A stretch of DNA of 63,585 bases, filler included, from Bigelowiella natans CCMP2755 (lineage: Eukaryota > Protista > Cercozoa): NCBI GenBank assembly GCA_000320545.1. It is 6 parts of 6 records of this genome, joined end to end, with 100 filler letters (N's around TTAATTAATTAA, not from the genome) between each part and the next. Parts side by side here need not be neighbours in the genome. Positions count along the whole stretch, not along the records: positions 48,630 to 53,365 come from ADNK01003630.1; positions 53,466 to 61,298 come from ADNK01000119.1; positions 61,399 to 63,585 come from ADNK01002719.1; 3 more parts are not named here. The stretch is one strand, 5' to 3'. The notes beneath the pieces were generated by a model, which had not been told where the DNA came from, searched no databases, and saw only the letters and a list, made by a program, of their open reading frames with translations. This document shows positions 53,131 to 63,585 of this stretch, piece by piece (the first letter of the stretch is position 1; each line of letters begins with the position of its first letter). A program made the translations under genes and the position numbers.

Positions 53131-53365
53131 GTGCGTTTTTGTGCTCTATCTTGTAAACACTATTGCTAAAAACGTTAGATCTACGGAAGGGTGCATGTTT
53201 CACTAGAACTGCTGAGTCTGTGGTAGATTTCGAAATGAATGCGGATTAATGCCCAGTACTCTTCCCGTCTCATGCCAAACACGACGACGTATACCGCGCT
53301 GCTTCGGATTGAAACCGATATAGTGTTCGCAGCTTTTCCCCTCAAGCCCATCAGCATCTCTTTAC

Positions 53366-53465
53366 NNNNNNNNNNNNNNNNNNNNNNNNNNNNNNNNNNN
53401 NNNNNNNNNTTAATTAATTAANNNNNNNNNNNNNNNNNNNNNNNNNNNNNNNNNNNNNNNNNNNN
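53366..53465. other. Artificial scaffold linker N44-TTAATTAATTAA-N44
   Basis: Same 100-bp linker. Confidence 0.97.
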
Positions 53466-54705
53466 CCACCAACCGTCAACAACCACAGATTACGTTTACC
53501 GGGGTGATTCTTGGAACGTGCTCCCAGAGCGTAGTGTGGTTGAACATCTCGACGTCAGAAGCTTTTTGGCCCAGGGCTGAAAATGAACTCAGCAAGATTC
53601 ACTGGGTTATCTGGTGCTGCGGTGTCGCCATAGTCGCGATTATCACGACGACGTATCTCTGCAAGGTGGCCACAACAACATGCAGACAAAAATGTGTGAT
53701 GGTGATAGCGCTCGTCGTGGCCGTTTGCTACATTTGTTGGTCATATAGTGGTGTAAGATAATTTTTTGGCTATGCAATAAATGCACACCGCTGTCTGTTA
53801 CAAAAGGCTTTCTACTGGTGGGGGGCGGTGCTACGAGAGCTGCATCACCCCTTCCGACTCAACTTCTTCTTCGACCCTTTGATCGGGATCATGTTCTTGG
53901 CAAATGGCACACCTCCTGATATCGTAGAGAAGTAAGGGCCGCACGACCAAGTTCGACTTGAGGAGAGCGTGATATTGATGATTGACTATGATGCATGATG
54001 AATAAATCACCAACAGAACCGCAAATCCTCCTAACAAGCAAACGCCGGTTTGGCTGGCCGTGATTGTAATGACAGTGCAAGTAATCGGTTGGGAGAAACT
54101 TGAAAGATACATTCTAATTTTTAATGATAAAAAGGAGAGTGAAGAAAAATTGTAACAACCGACAAGTTTCAATCCGCTTTGTGCCTTATCACACGCTAAA
54201 TGCACATTCTTGCCAACACATCCATTTAAAATGCGTGGTTTCAACTCCTTGTCGCCTCTCTCACCATCTATTATCATACCCTTGATCGTATTTTTTACCT
54301 GTGCCAAGGGGAGCTCCTTGTGTACCACGAGTGGATATTCAGCCAGTCGCTCTCCATTCGGAATAATAACCCATCCTACCAGATCGCTGTTGTCGGTGCT
54401 GATTTAGAATTACAGCAGTTACGCTACATAACGATAAAGATAAATACCATACTGACAACAAGCTCTTGGTTTTCAACACCAAAAAGGCAATTTTGTGGGC
54501 GCAACAATGCTCGCTCGTGCGGAGCTGAATAGGTGGTTGTGATGGAGTTTGATTGGGAAAGTGATATCACGAAGAGCTAATGAAATAGAGAATTTGCTTA
54601 TCGTCATCAACAACCTCGAGAAGAAAGAAAATTGAAAAACGGAGTCATCAAATCATTGATGACATGGATCACCCTATCATTCCGACGCCGAATCATCACA
54701 CGCAC

Positions 54706-54743
<38 letters not shown>

Positions 54744-56227
54744 TCTCCCATAGGATGGCGATGTTTTTTTGGAGCGTGGGCTTGATTTTCTGGTTGCTTA
54801 TCTTCATCTCTCTGTTCCAGACGATATCCGTCATGGCACGTCGCGACGACAAGGGCCACCGCACCGACATATGGCGCTTCCCGAGCTCAGCGCACCCCAT
54901 GGTTTTTCTGCTTAGTAATCGAGGATCATGATGATGAAGATGATGATGATGAGGAGGAGGAGGAGGAGGGGGAGGAGGAGCGTCCTTGCATATTTATAAA
55001 GGAGCGTAATTTATGCCAATATATGCCCTGGGAGAGCACTTTGTCGCGGGGAGAAATCCTCGACGTTTTTCACACTTCAGAGATGAAATGCTGAGTTTGA
55101 ATATGAGGGGGCGAATGAATTGATGTTCGTGGAAATGGTGGCGACAATAACGACGAATATTAAGATGTTGAAGCTAGTGCGTGGAGGAGATGTTTGAGTG
55201 AGACGCACACATGAATGGGGGCATCCTGTTGCAGAAGTACACACCAAACACCCCGCACGATATCTGCTCACTGACAAATTATGACGTCTCCTCAGCTTTT
55301 CCTCTTCATCGCTGCTCCCTCAGCAGCGGGAACCTCTTGGGGGGCCATCAATGGATGGGACAACGTCTCAATCGTTTTCCACTCCGTTGCGTGTTTTATT
55401 TCCATGTTCATGCTGCTCAATATACGGTATTATTTATTACTGGCGAGTCAAATAGCTCTGCTGCGGGTAGAAAGGGCAATGTCGTAGTCATCGGCTATCG
55501 TCGGCGTGTTTTAAAAAATCGATGTTAAGTGATAATGTTGGCTGGGAGAAATCAGTATCTACGCACTCGATCAACGCCGCGGAACTTAACAAGTTTCTCT
55601 TCCAATTTGAACAACGAGCAGGCTGCTGCTGAGAACTAAGTTTACGGTATCATGGTGGGCATACACCTTCCCTCTCGCTGCCATCTCAATCGTTACGACA
55701 AGGTAGAAATGAGGGCGGGTTAATCGCCCGCTTTGAGATCTATGCGTGATGATGACGATGATGCGATGACGACGATGATGATGGTGTTTGTGATGGCTGC
55801 GACGTATGGGAGGGTTTCTAATAATATTCATTTGCGTTGTTTTATGGGGTTGGGGACAGATATGCGGAGGGTGTAGGTGCCGACGATGAGGTGCTAAACT
55901 TACTGGCATTTGTTCTCTCAGTGTTTTCGACCTGCGTGGTGAGTGACGATGAGTATTTGTATAAGATCTTAATGTATTCTCACACTTTCGCTTTTTGCTA
56001 CATAGATGATAATCCATGTAGCAGCAGCAGCAGTGGTATTAGAAGGACGCGTAACCACACATAGCAGACATTTTATCCCACGATAAAACCACAGCTACTT
56101 GCCGTCTATCTATAGTCGCGTGTGCTGAAAACTACCTTTGCTGCTAGGTGTTGCTAGTTCTCGGTTTCACGATATACACAGGATACAATGAGGATTGGAC
56201 GATTGATGAGCGTACAGGGAAGGTGTT

Positions 56228-56258
<31 letters not shown>

Positions 56259-56709
56259 GAGGAGGAGGAGGAAGGGGGGGCGCAGAAAGATGAGAAAGAG
56301 GGAGAGTAAGGTAGGGGCGGGGAGGCAGAGATGACAGCTGTGACGACAGCTGGGATACAACTATGACATTGCGACTATAACCAAAGCAGCAAAATTAATA
56401 TAGGTTACACGGCCTGGGTTGTTTGGAATCGATGATGTAATCGAACTCTGCCTTGTAAAGAGCGAGAACAGCGAGAAAGTGGAACTGGCTAGGTGCAGGA
56501 GGAATAAGCAACAACAGGACTCTGCCGGCAGCTATCCGTTCCGCTTCTCCATCGATGATCACAAGCATCTCGAGCGACAACATGAAAATATAATGAATCA
56601 CAAGGCGGTGGGTAGGAGCGAACTCGACGGTACCAAAGAAACAAACGACACCGCCAAGTTCCGAAGAGGCAGTATCTCTGCATCCGTATTGCATCGCTGC
56701 CCTCATTGA
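53466..56709 (+). CDS. SLAC1/SLAH-like anion channel (TDT superfamily), 5' end lost in the gap
   Basis: GVILGTCSQSVVW, AVLRELHHPFRLNFFFDP, YHEWIFS...NNPSYQIAVVG, FFWSVGLIFWLLIFISLFQ, LFLFIAAPSAA and FTVSWWAYTFPL are characteristic SLAC1-family motifs. Confidence 0.88.
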
Positions 56710-57357
56710 CACTTTTGAACTCGTATCATGCACGCTAGCACTTCACACATTTGTGTAGCTGTTTTTTAGCATGCATGCGCTTTTAGTTCAGTATGTCATC
56801 ACCATGCGGCTGCGCGAGCTAGCGAGCATTGTGTAGCCGACGATGCATTAGCGCTATCTACACACTGCAATTTGTGCATTCTAGCATTGCATGTTCACTG
56901 CCATGTCACTTTGGTGAATCTTCCTCTCTTCTTCATTTTGGAGCACGCGATTTGGATATGGGGTTGGTTGCTCTGATTTATTTGCTAGTTTGTTTGTTTG
57001 TGGTTGTGCCTCTTGGGATTGGATCGATCGCAGTGCGCAAGTGCCTCTTCATTTCATTGGAGCACATTTTGCAGTTGGTTCTGAGTGTGTTTGTTTGTGT
57101 GGTTCATGATGGAAACACGCTGATTCGGATGTCGTGATGCATGATCTGCACAGTCTTGTTAGCATGCATTTGCGCTGCATCGCGACCACAAATGCGCTTA
57201 GTTGTTGTTGCAAAGCCTGATGTTACGGAAGGACTCTACTGTAGCAGCAACTAACTCAAATGTATTATGGCTGAAACTAAAGCGTTAGAGCATACGACAT
57301 ACACATGGTGATTTGACGCCAAACACTCATACTCTCTCTCTTCTCAATAAAAAGAGT

Positions 57358-58210
57358 TTAAATAGTGAGAAGGTCCTTCTCTTTCTTTGAAATCATTGCT
57401 TCGATTTCCTTCGATATCTTGTCCGTAAGATTTTGCGCCTCACCCTAATAATGGTTATGGTGAAGAGAATGAGAATATAGATTATTGGATGAATGGATGT
57501 GAGATTCAATCTGCTTATACACGAATATTAGCTTGCATTTAGGCGGCATACTTCAAAGAGTATGATGGAAAACACCCCTGAAGACAACGAATAGGAAAAA
57601 TGCACCGATAAGAAAGTGAGAAATCAAGCGAGGAAAACCTGGTAAAATTTGCTGTCATCCTCCGAAACCGACTTAGCTTTCTCTGCCTTTTTGACGAAGT
57701 CAATGGTGTCTCGGCGAATATTACGAACGGCCACCTACATCAACATATACATTCATAAGGTTGGCGATGGAAAACGATGGTAATCCCTCATGGTGTGCTC
57801 CCTTTCCGTCTCCACAAAGATGTACGCACACACATGCGAAACTCGTACCTTAGCCTCCTCGCCAAACTTTTTCACGCTTTTCGCGAGCTCTTTGCGTCTG
57901 TGTGGTGTGGAAGAAGGAAAGGGTGATGAGGAAGAGTCGCATGACATGTCGTTTTTGAATACAATGAAGAAAGACGGAGGGGGGTGGAAGGTGCCGGAGA
58001 ACTCTCCTCCCTGGCACAAACTACATCGGCTAGGCTACTTTCTATCAATACTAACGTTATATATTTGTATTTTGAATTTTCTGAGCGGATGACGACATAT
58101 CGCTCTTCGTGTCACCTGTCTTCTGTGAGCATAGGCACCGAGATTCTGATAATTTTTCCATCGTTGGATGGAGTCAGTCCCAGATTTGCCTGTGTTTTTG
58201 TACAAAGTAT

Positions 58211-58251
<41 letters not shown>

Positions 58252-59868
58252 GTACATTTAATATTATTATATCATTAGAGAGATGGAAAGAAGAAGAAGA
58301 AGAAGAAGAAGAAGAAGAAGAAGAGAGTTTTATGGCACCATGGGGACCGTGAAAGTAACATTTCCAATAATGAAAGGGAAGAAGATAAAGTCCATGTTTG
58401 TACACACCGCAAAAATAGCTCGTTCGACGTCTGCTAGAGCGGCCTTATCATAGGGGTCTACAATGATTTCCTGAGCACTAACAAATGGCAAAGGGGAATA
58501 TATTATAATCATTAAAAACGATCATAAAGAAATTATCATAAAAAATCTAGGTCCCTAGCCCTCCCCCCCTAACCATAAATACTACCTTGGCGTTGTTATT
58601 CCAGCTAAGCTTCGGATAGGAGTAGGGGCACCATAATAATCTACGTTCACACGATCGAGTACCGCAGGATTTGCTCGGCCCTGTTATGAAAACCGACCGA
58701 TCAACGAAAAGATATAATTATGAATGGATGGCGACAGCATAAAGTTCCGTGTTCTCACACAGATGCGGAACCACTCAATGTCAATATCTGTTTCTCAGTG
58801 TATTGAAACGTCCACTATTGAAGCTTCCCTTTTCGGGACAAATTCAAACGATGCAGTTCGCAGTGTACCTTCGCATACACACACACACACACACACAAAC
58901 ACACACTCTACCGCCGACACTACCACCACCCTAGCTCCATACATGGGCTGTTCTTTTGCCTCAACATTAAGACATTTGATAACAGATCCTAACTCTAATA
59001 CTCCGTGATTGTGAGTGAAAACCATGTACGCACTACCGTAGAGACGGTCATGAGAGAGTTCTGGAGCGAGACGATGCTCTTGCGCATCCGCTCCTCTGCC
59101 TCTTCGAGTTTTGCATCAATGTCCGCTGGCAAATGGGGAACACAGAAAGGAGGGGAGGGACATTTATTGCACGAAAAACAATTCGACAGTAATAGAGTAG
59201 TAGCTACATCATGGCTTCGAGGAAGCAGAACTTACGTCCTTCCTCCCCGTCCGCTGCGGCAAAGGCATACATGTCTCTGGTAACCGCGTTTCTTCGACTT
59301 GAAATGGAACCCATCATTATGTCGTTTGGCATGCCAACGATCTTGTAGCCGCGATGATTGCTCTTCGATCCAGAAGTTGCGTGCATGAACTGTTTGTTTA
59401 CACAGCCTCTCCGAGCTCGAACGGGGACCTTCGCTACACCACTAACGACCATACGATTCGCGGTCGGACTGTAACCTGTAGATAGAGGGGGTGGGGGGAC
59501 ACCAGTCAACAGCGAAGTTATTAATCGACAAAAGCATTCATTGATTCGTTCTTTGGAGTGCGTTTCTCCCGAAGGAATCCAGTGAAAAAGGAATGAACAA
59601 AAGCGGATTGTGACTTAAATTCAGCTTAAGCAAGCTGCTTTTGGCTACCGTATGCCTTATTTCTTAGAACACATCCTTCTATCTTACCTAGCAGGGGCGC
59701 ACCCCCACGAAGGGAGAAAGCTGCAGCAGCGAGAGATAGCAAGGCTATAACGGTGACCACAGAAGCTGTGAGAAGGCTGCTACGACATAAACGATGACGT
59801 CTTCCACTGGCCACAGCGAAGAGGCCCGTATCGTCAACGCCGTTCGGAGAAGAAAGGCTGTGGTACAT
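57358..59868 (-). CDS. frr: Ribosome recycling factor, organelle (probably plastid) targeted via a bipartite leader, multi-exon
   Basis: [22 protein letters not shown]|[64 protein letters not shown]|[15 protein letters not shown] and [17 protein letters not shown]. Preceded by a hydrophobic signal ([15 protein letters not shown]) and an R/S-rich transit-like exon. Confidence 0.93.
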
Positions 59869-60495
59869 GGAGAAGGGAGGGGTATTTGTCCGTCGACTTG
59901 AGCAGTAAGACTTTGCGAAGCACATTAGGAAATATGAAAAGGCGTAAAAAAGGATGAGTAGACGCCATTGTCCACGTCTTACAGAAGAAATTGCAGGTTA
60001 TCACACATTAAACGAAAATATATAAATTATACCATGTTTTATCCTTGCGACATGAATATTTCGAGAAGAATCGAGGAAATAGCCGGATTTTGCTGTTGAG
60101 CCCCGCGCACACACGCCACGGCGAGGGAATCCAATCCCCACACTTCACGGAGATTCAATCTTACGTGGTGCTCATTGCCCACCGCCCCCGTTGCTCTCTC
60201 GGTCCGAAGCCCTACCAGGTAGTTATGATGCACGATAAATGGTGGTGGTGTTGGAGGATAGGGGATGATGAACAATGGGCTGGCGATTCGCGATGGGTTG
60301 ATTATATCTTACAATTGCTCTGTGCACGTCGCGGCTGAATGAATCGCAAAGAGGAGGGGGCCAAGTCTGGGAAAATTCTCGAATTCCCAATATTTTCTTC
60401 TTTGTATTGTTTCATTGAAAGCAACGTGGGATTGAGTCTTCCACACGCGGGACGAATCTAGCTCCTCTCCCCTCAAATCCTTCCCACACACGATC

Positions 60496-61165
60496 ATGGC
60501 GACACAGGAAGCCAACGGACAGGTAACGCTTGTCTCTGAAAACCTGACACTCATGACTCACGAAGCTATTACGTAAAAAAATGATAACATCCATCATGAC
60601 TTTGTGCCGTCCTCCTCATCACTTAATAATAATGGTAAATGGTTTCACTTCTTCTTTGCGAACAGATGCGCAAAAGCATCAAGGTCCCCATCCCCACGGA
60701 TCGATACCCACAGTACAACTTCGTGGGTCGTCTACTCGGACCCAGGGGCAGGTTTCTCATCTAATGCTCTCCATACTCTCCCTAAAGCACTCTTATTATG
60801 CTTCCTGTAATATTGAATCACTGCTCAATTCTTAACATTTAATCCCCCCCCCCCCCCCCCCTCTGCTGGTGGCTTTCATTACAGCACACTAAAGCAGATG
60901 CAGCGGGATACACAAACGTGGATTCGAATACGTGGCCGTGGTTCGATGAGAGACAAACAGGAAGAGGTAATTGTGGAGTGTCTTAGTAGTAGTAGCGACC
61001 GCCTTTGTTATTCGCCTCCTGACGACATGAACGAATCTTAGGCACGGATACGCAACCAACCGGGGCATGAGCACCTCCTTGAGCCACTGCACGTACACAT
61101 CGAGGCGAGAGGCGATCAGAACATGATCGACCATCTTTTATCCAATGCGGAGCAAGTCGTCAAGG
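60496..61165 (+). CDS. STAR-family (Quaking/SF1-type) KH-domain RNA-binding protein, 5' part; truncated by the gap
   Basis: MATQEANGQ|MRKSIKVPIPTDRYPQYNFVGRLLGPRGS|TLKQMQRDTQTWIRIRGRGSMRDKQEE|ARIRNQPGHEHLLEPLHVHIEA matches the STAR KH signature. Confidence 0.9.
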
Positions 61166-61248
61166 GTAGTATGAGCACCCACAGTACCAATAGATCATCG
61201 TAAACAGTTGTCATCTCTCACAGTCATTTGAGGAGCAATGGCGACTAG

Positions 61249-61298
<50 letters not shown>

Positions 61299-61398
61299 NN
61301 NNNNNNNNNNNNNNNNNNNNNNNNNNNNNNNNNNNNNNNNNNTTAATTAATTAANNNNNNNNNNNNNNNNNNNNNNNNNNNNNNNNNNNNNNNNNNNN
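61299..61398. other. Artificial scaffold linker N44-TTAATTAATTAA-N44
   Basis: Same 100-bp linker. Confidence 0.97.
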
Positions 61399-62954
61399 AT
61401 CCCTGAATGCCCTTCATTTACGTAAATAACTCGGTACATCGGCTTGATAGAACTCAAAATTCCCACTGTTGTCACGATGAGCAAATGGCATGATTTTGCA
61501 CGGGTCGACTAACCGGGAACGCTGCCAGAGATTCGCTCATTCACAATGCTCCACTCTTGGTTGCGTCTTCGCACGCTGCCAAGTGTCTTGCAAGCACTTT
61601 GGAAGTGCAGTTTGTCATCATTGTTCATCGTTCATCGTTCATTGCTCTGCTGCAAATCATTGTTCACTGTTGCAAACGCTTGTGAGACGGATGTGCATCG
61701 TCACACACATCCATGTGGTTCTTGCGCACGCAGTCCGTCTAGCAGTTTTGTTGCGTGCATCGATCAATGCCCAGTTCAAATTTCAGTGTTCAGTGCTGCC
61801 AACGCCGCGTGCGTTCTTTCGATTCCTGGGTATGAGAGTCAAGGCGACGGGTGGGAACCAACTCCATCAAGCTAGCGAGGCAGCGGGTGGGCGGCATTTT
61901 GCGCGTGTGTGTTTTGCCTGGTTTCCCCGGAGACAGACCTGATTGCACGATCGCGATGAGCAGTTCACAGGTCTGGAGGTGTTTTGAATCAGACTCAGTT
62001 CAACAATCACTTGATCATCTTCCTCCGCTTGCTTGCCAGCTTGCCCAGCTAGCCAGCGGCTTTCCAGCACTGAACAAATGCAACTGAAGCACTCTGTGTG
62101 GGCGGGGAAAACAGTGAGTGTGCGGGCTAGCTAGCTAGCGGGCTCGAAAAAAGAAGCTCTTGAGCATCCACCATCAAGGGCAAAGCAGCGCACGTTCACT
62201 CATTGCATCGTCTCTGATCCTGATAAAGTGTGACCCTCCTGACAAGCATCGATCGACACAAGAGCATGCACACCGCGTCATTGTGTCCGCATTGTCGATT
62301 TCACAATGACGACGACGCTGCAGCAAAATGAGCGTGTGCGTGCTCAAGGCAGCACCGACCACGCTGCATGGCCACGCTGTAGTTTCAAGTTGTTCCTGTG
62401 TGCGCAACGCGCACACATGTATGCTATAATGCATGTGTCTCGATGTTGCTTCTGTGCGTTGTTCGGTGGCCCTCGCGATTAGGGAGTCTGGGCCAACTAG
62501 CCAACGACATGTGCGTGCTAGCGTGCTTTATCTTGATTCATGCGCACATGCCTAGATGCGCACAAAGGCATTGCATGTCCTGCTAGACTTCTTCGCAAAC
62601 ATTGCCCAAGCCTAGCTAGCTAGCACTTTTCATCTGGCGGTTTCGATCCCAATGATGTACGTTTCACAATTGGTAGCAACAGCGTTTCTTTCACATTTCT
62701 CTTTGTCTAGTTTTCTCTCCCAGCTCTCTAGCTCCCCCTCCTCCTCGTCCTCCTCGTGTTCTCTAATTTTCTTTGCTTTCCATCTAATGCACTTTGTATT
62801 GATCGTGAAGACCCATTTGGCATTTACCTCTTTCATCATCAACATCGAACCATTCTTGTCGCTTTCACCACTCATCCGAAACCAATCATTCTTTCTTCTT
62901 CTTCTTCTTCTTCTTCTTCATTCACGGGGCTTAGTCAGCAGCATCGCCATCTTC

Positions 62955-63323
62955 TTATGTGTGGCGAAGATAATTTGTACCGTACCTGAAAGACACACAT
63001 ACGTCATACCAAAAGTACACATACACGATGTATTTAATATTTATATAAAACATAAAATGGAAACACCATCGCAACACAAGCAACCAACAAGAACCACGCG
63101 CTTGTTCTCCATAAACAACCCGGATTAATTACACAGCACAATGCAGCAGCGAAAAAGTTAAGAATCGCCTAACTCCGCCATTGCTGCAGCTCTAATTCGG
63201 CGAATGGGTTGTCATCATGTTAGTATTGCATGGGCATGGCGACTCGTTACTTGGCGATGTACGGCATTGCAGATTCTGCCATATCGAAATCCGGGTCGAG
63301 CTCCCTGATAGACCCTCTGAGAT
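62955..63323 (-). CDS. Last two exons of a probable ABC1/UbiB-family atypical kinase (gene begins beyond the window end)
   Basis: GSIRELDPDFDMAESAMPYIAK|YGTNYLRHT* resembles the ABC1 C-terminal EGxxRxLDPDFD...AxPY motif. Only ~35 aa are visible. Confidence 0.45.
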
Positions 63324-63585
63324 CTGCAGTGAGTGGCGAACATATGAGTTGATTAATGGAGGGTGGCAGCCTCCTCTTCTTCCCCTCGCTCCGCGAGATC
63401 GGTGTTGTATTGTTTGTATCCGATGTGCACCGCAACTTATTTTTCGAATGGCACTAATACTATCGTCGTCATCATTATCATCATCATCATCGTCGGCACT
63501 GTGGTTAGCTTTAATTCTTACGTTCATTTTAGCCCCCCTTCCCTTCCCTTCCCTCCCATCTCTAACTCTCGCTCTCTCTCTGCCC

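Noticed and set aside
61399-62630. Cys/His-rich ORFs after the last gap, possible mobile element
   Set aside because: No transposase or RT motifs, terminal repeats or consistent exon chain. The composition matches the non-coding TGCA/GCTAGC-rich tracts.
62630-62875. 81-aa acidic minus-strand ORF
   Set aside because: It lies downstream of the inferred stop at 62955, so it is probably 3' UTR. No recognisable domain.
63300-63325. Apparent frameshift between ISEGL and RELDPDFD in the ABC1-like exon
   Set aside because: A phase-1 join at the CAG acceptor, or the alternative acceptor (CTCAG) a few bases downstream, gives an open GSIRELDPDF frame without any frameshift.
1-63585. tRNA, rRNA or other structured RNA genes
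   Set aside because: None recognisable by eye. A tRNAscan-SE/Infernal run would be needed to exclude small ncRNAs.

Overview
This is eukaryotic nuclear DNA: gene-dense, with many short GT-AG introns, most carrying microsatellites. It is made of six contigs joined by five artificial 100-bp N44-TTAATTAATTAA-N44 linkers. Long bipartite (signal + transit) leaders, flagellar genes and the intron style suggest a flagellated alga with a secondary plastid, probably a chlorarachniophyte (inference). By hand-splicing I recover about 18 genes or fragments: RlmJ-like rRNA methyltransferase, SLC37/GlpT-type MFS transporter, Rce1, RFC3, Sec31, a Dpy-30/RSP2-like protein, IFT140, a SLAC1/TDT channel, an organellar ribosome recycling factor, a STAR-type KH protein, an ABC1-kinase-like 3' end and several orphans. 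The standout is a ~10-kb gene (1222-11345) with the architecture MG start - ankyrin array - Roc GTPase - COR - CHAT (caspase-like) protease - STAND P-loop NTPase. Its ankyrin repeats are each encoded by one 99-nt phase-1/phase-1 exon in a ~258-bp tandem array, and they vary almost only at the ankyrin binding-surface positions. This makes it a candidate diversifying immune-type receptor/protease. An in-frame TAG separates the CHAT and STAND modules. At genome scale, genes alternate strand within every contig. Divergent intergenics share a WTGTCGY motif, and convergent intergenics contain GCTAGC/GCATGC-rich tracts. All domain calls come from motif recognition by eye; no searches were run.
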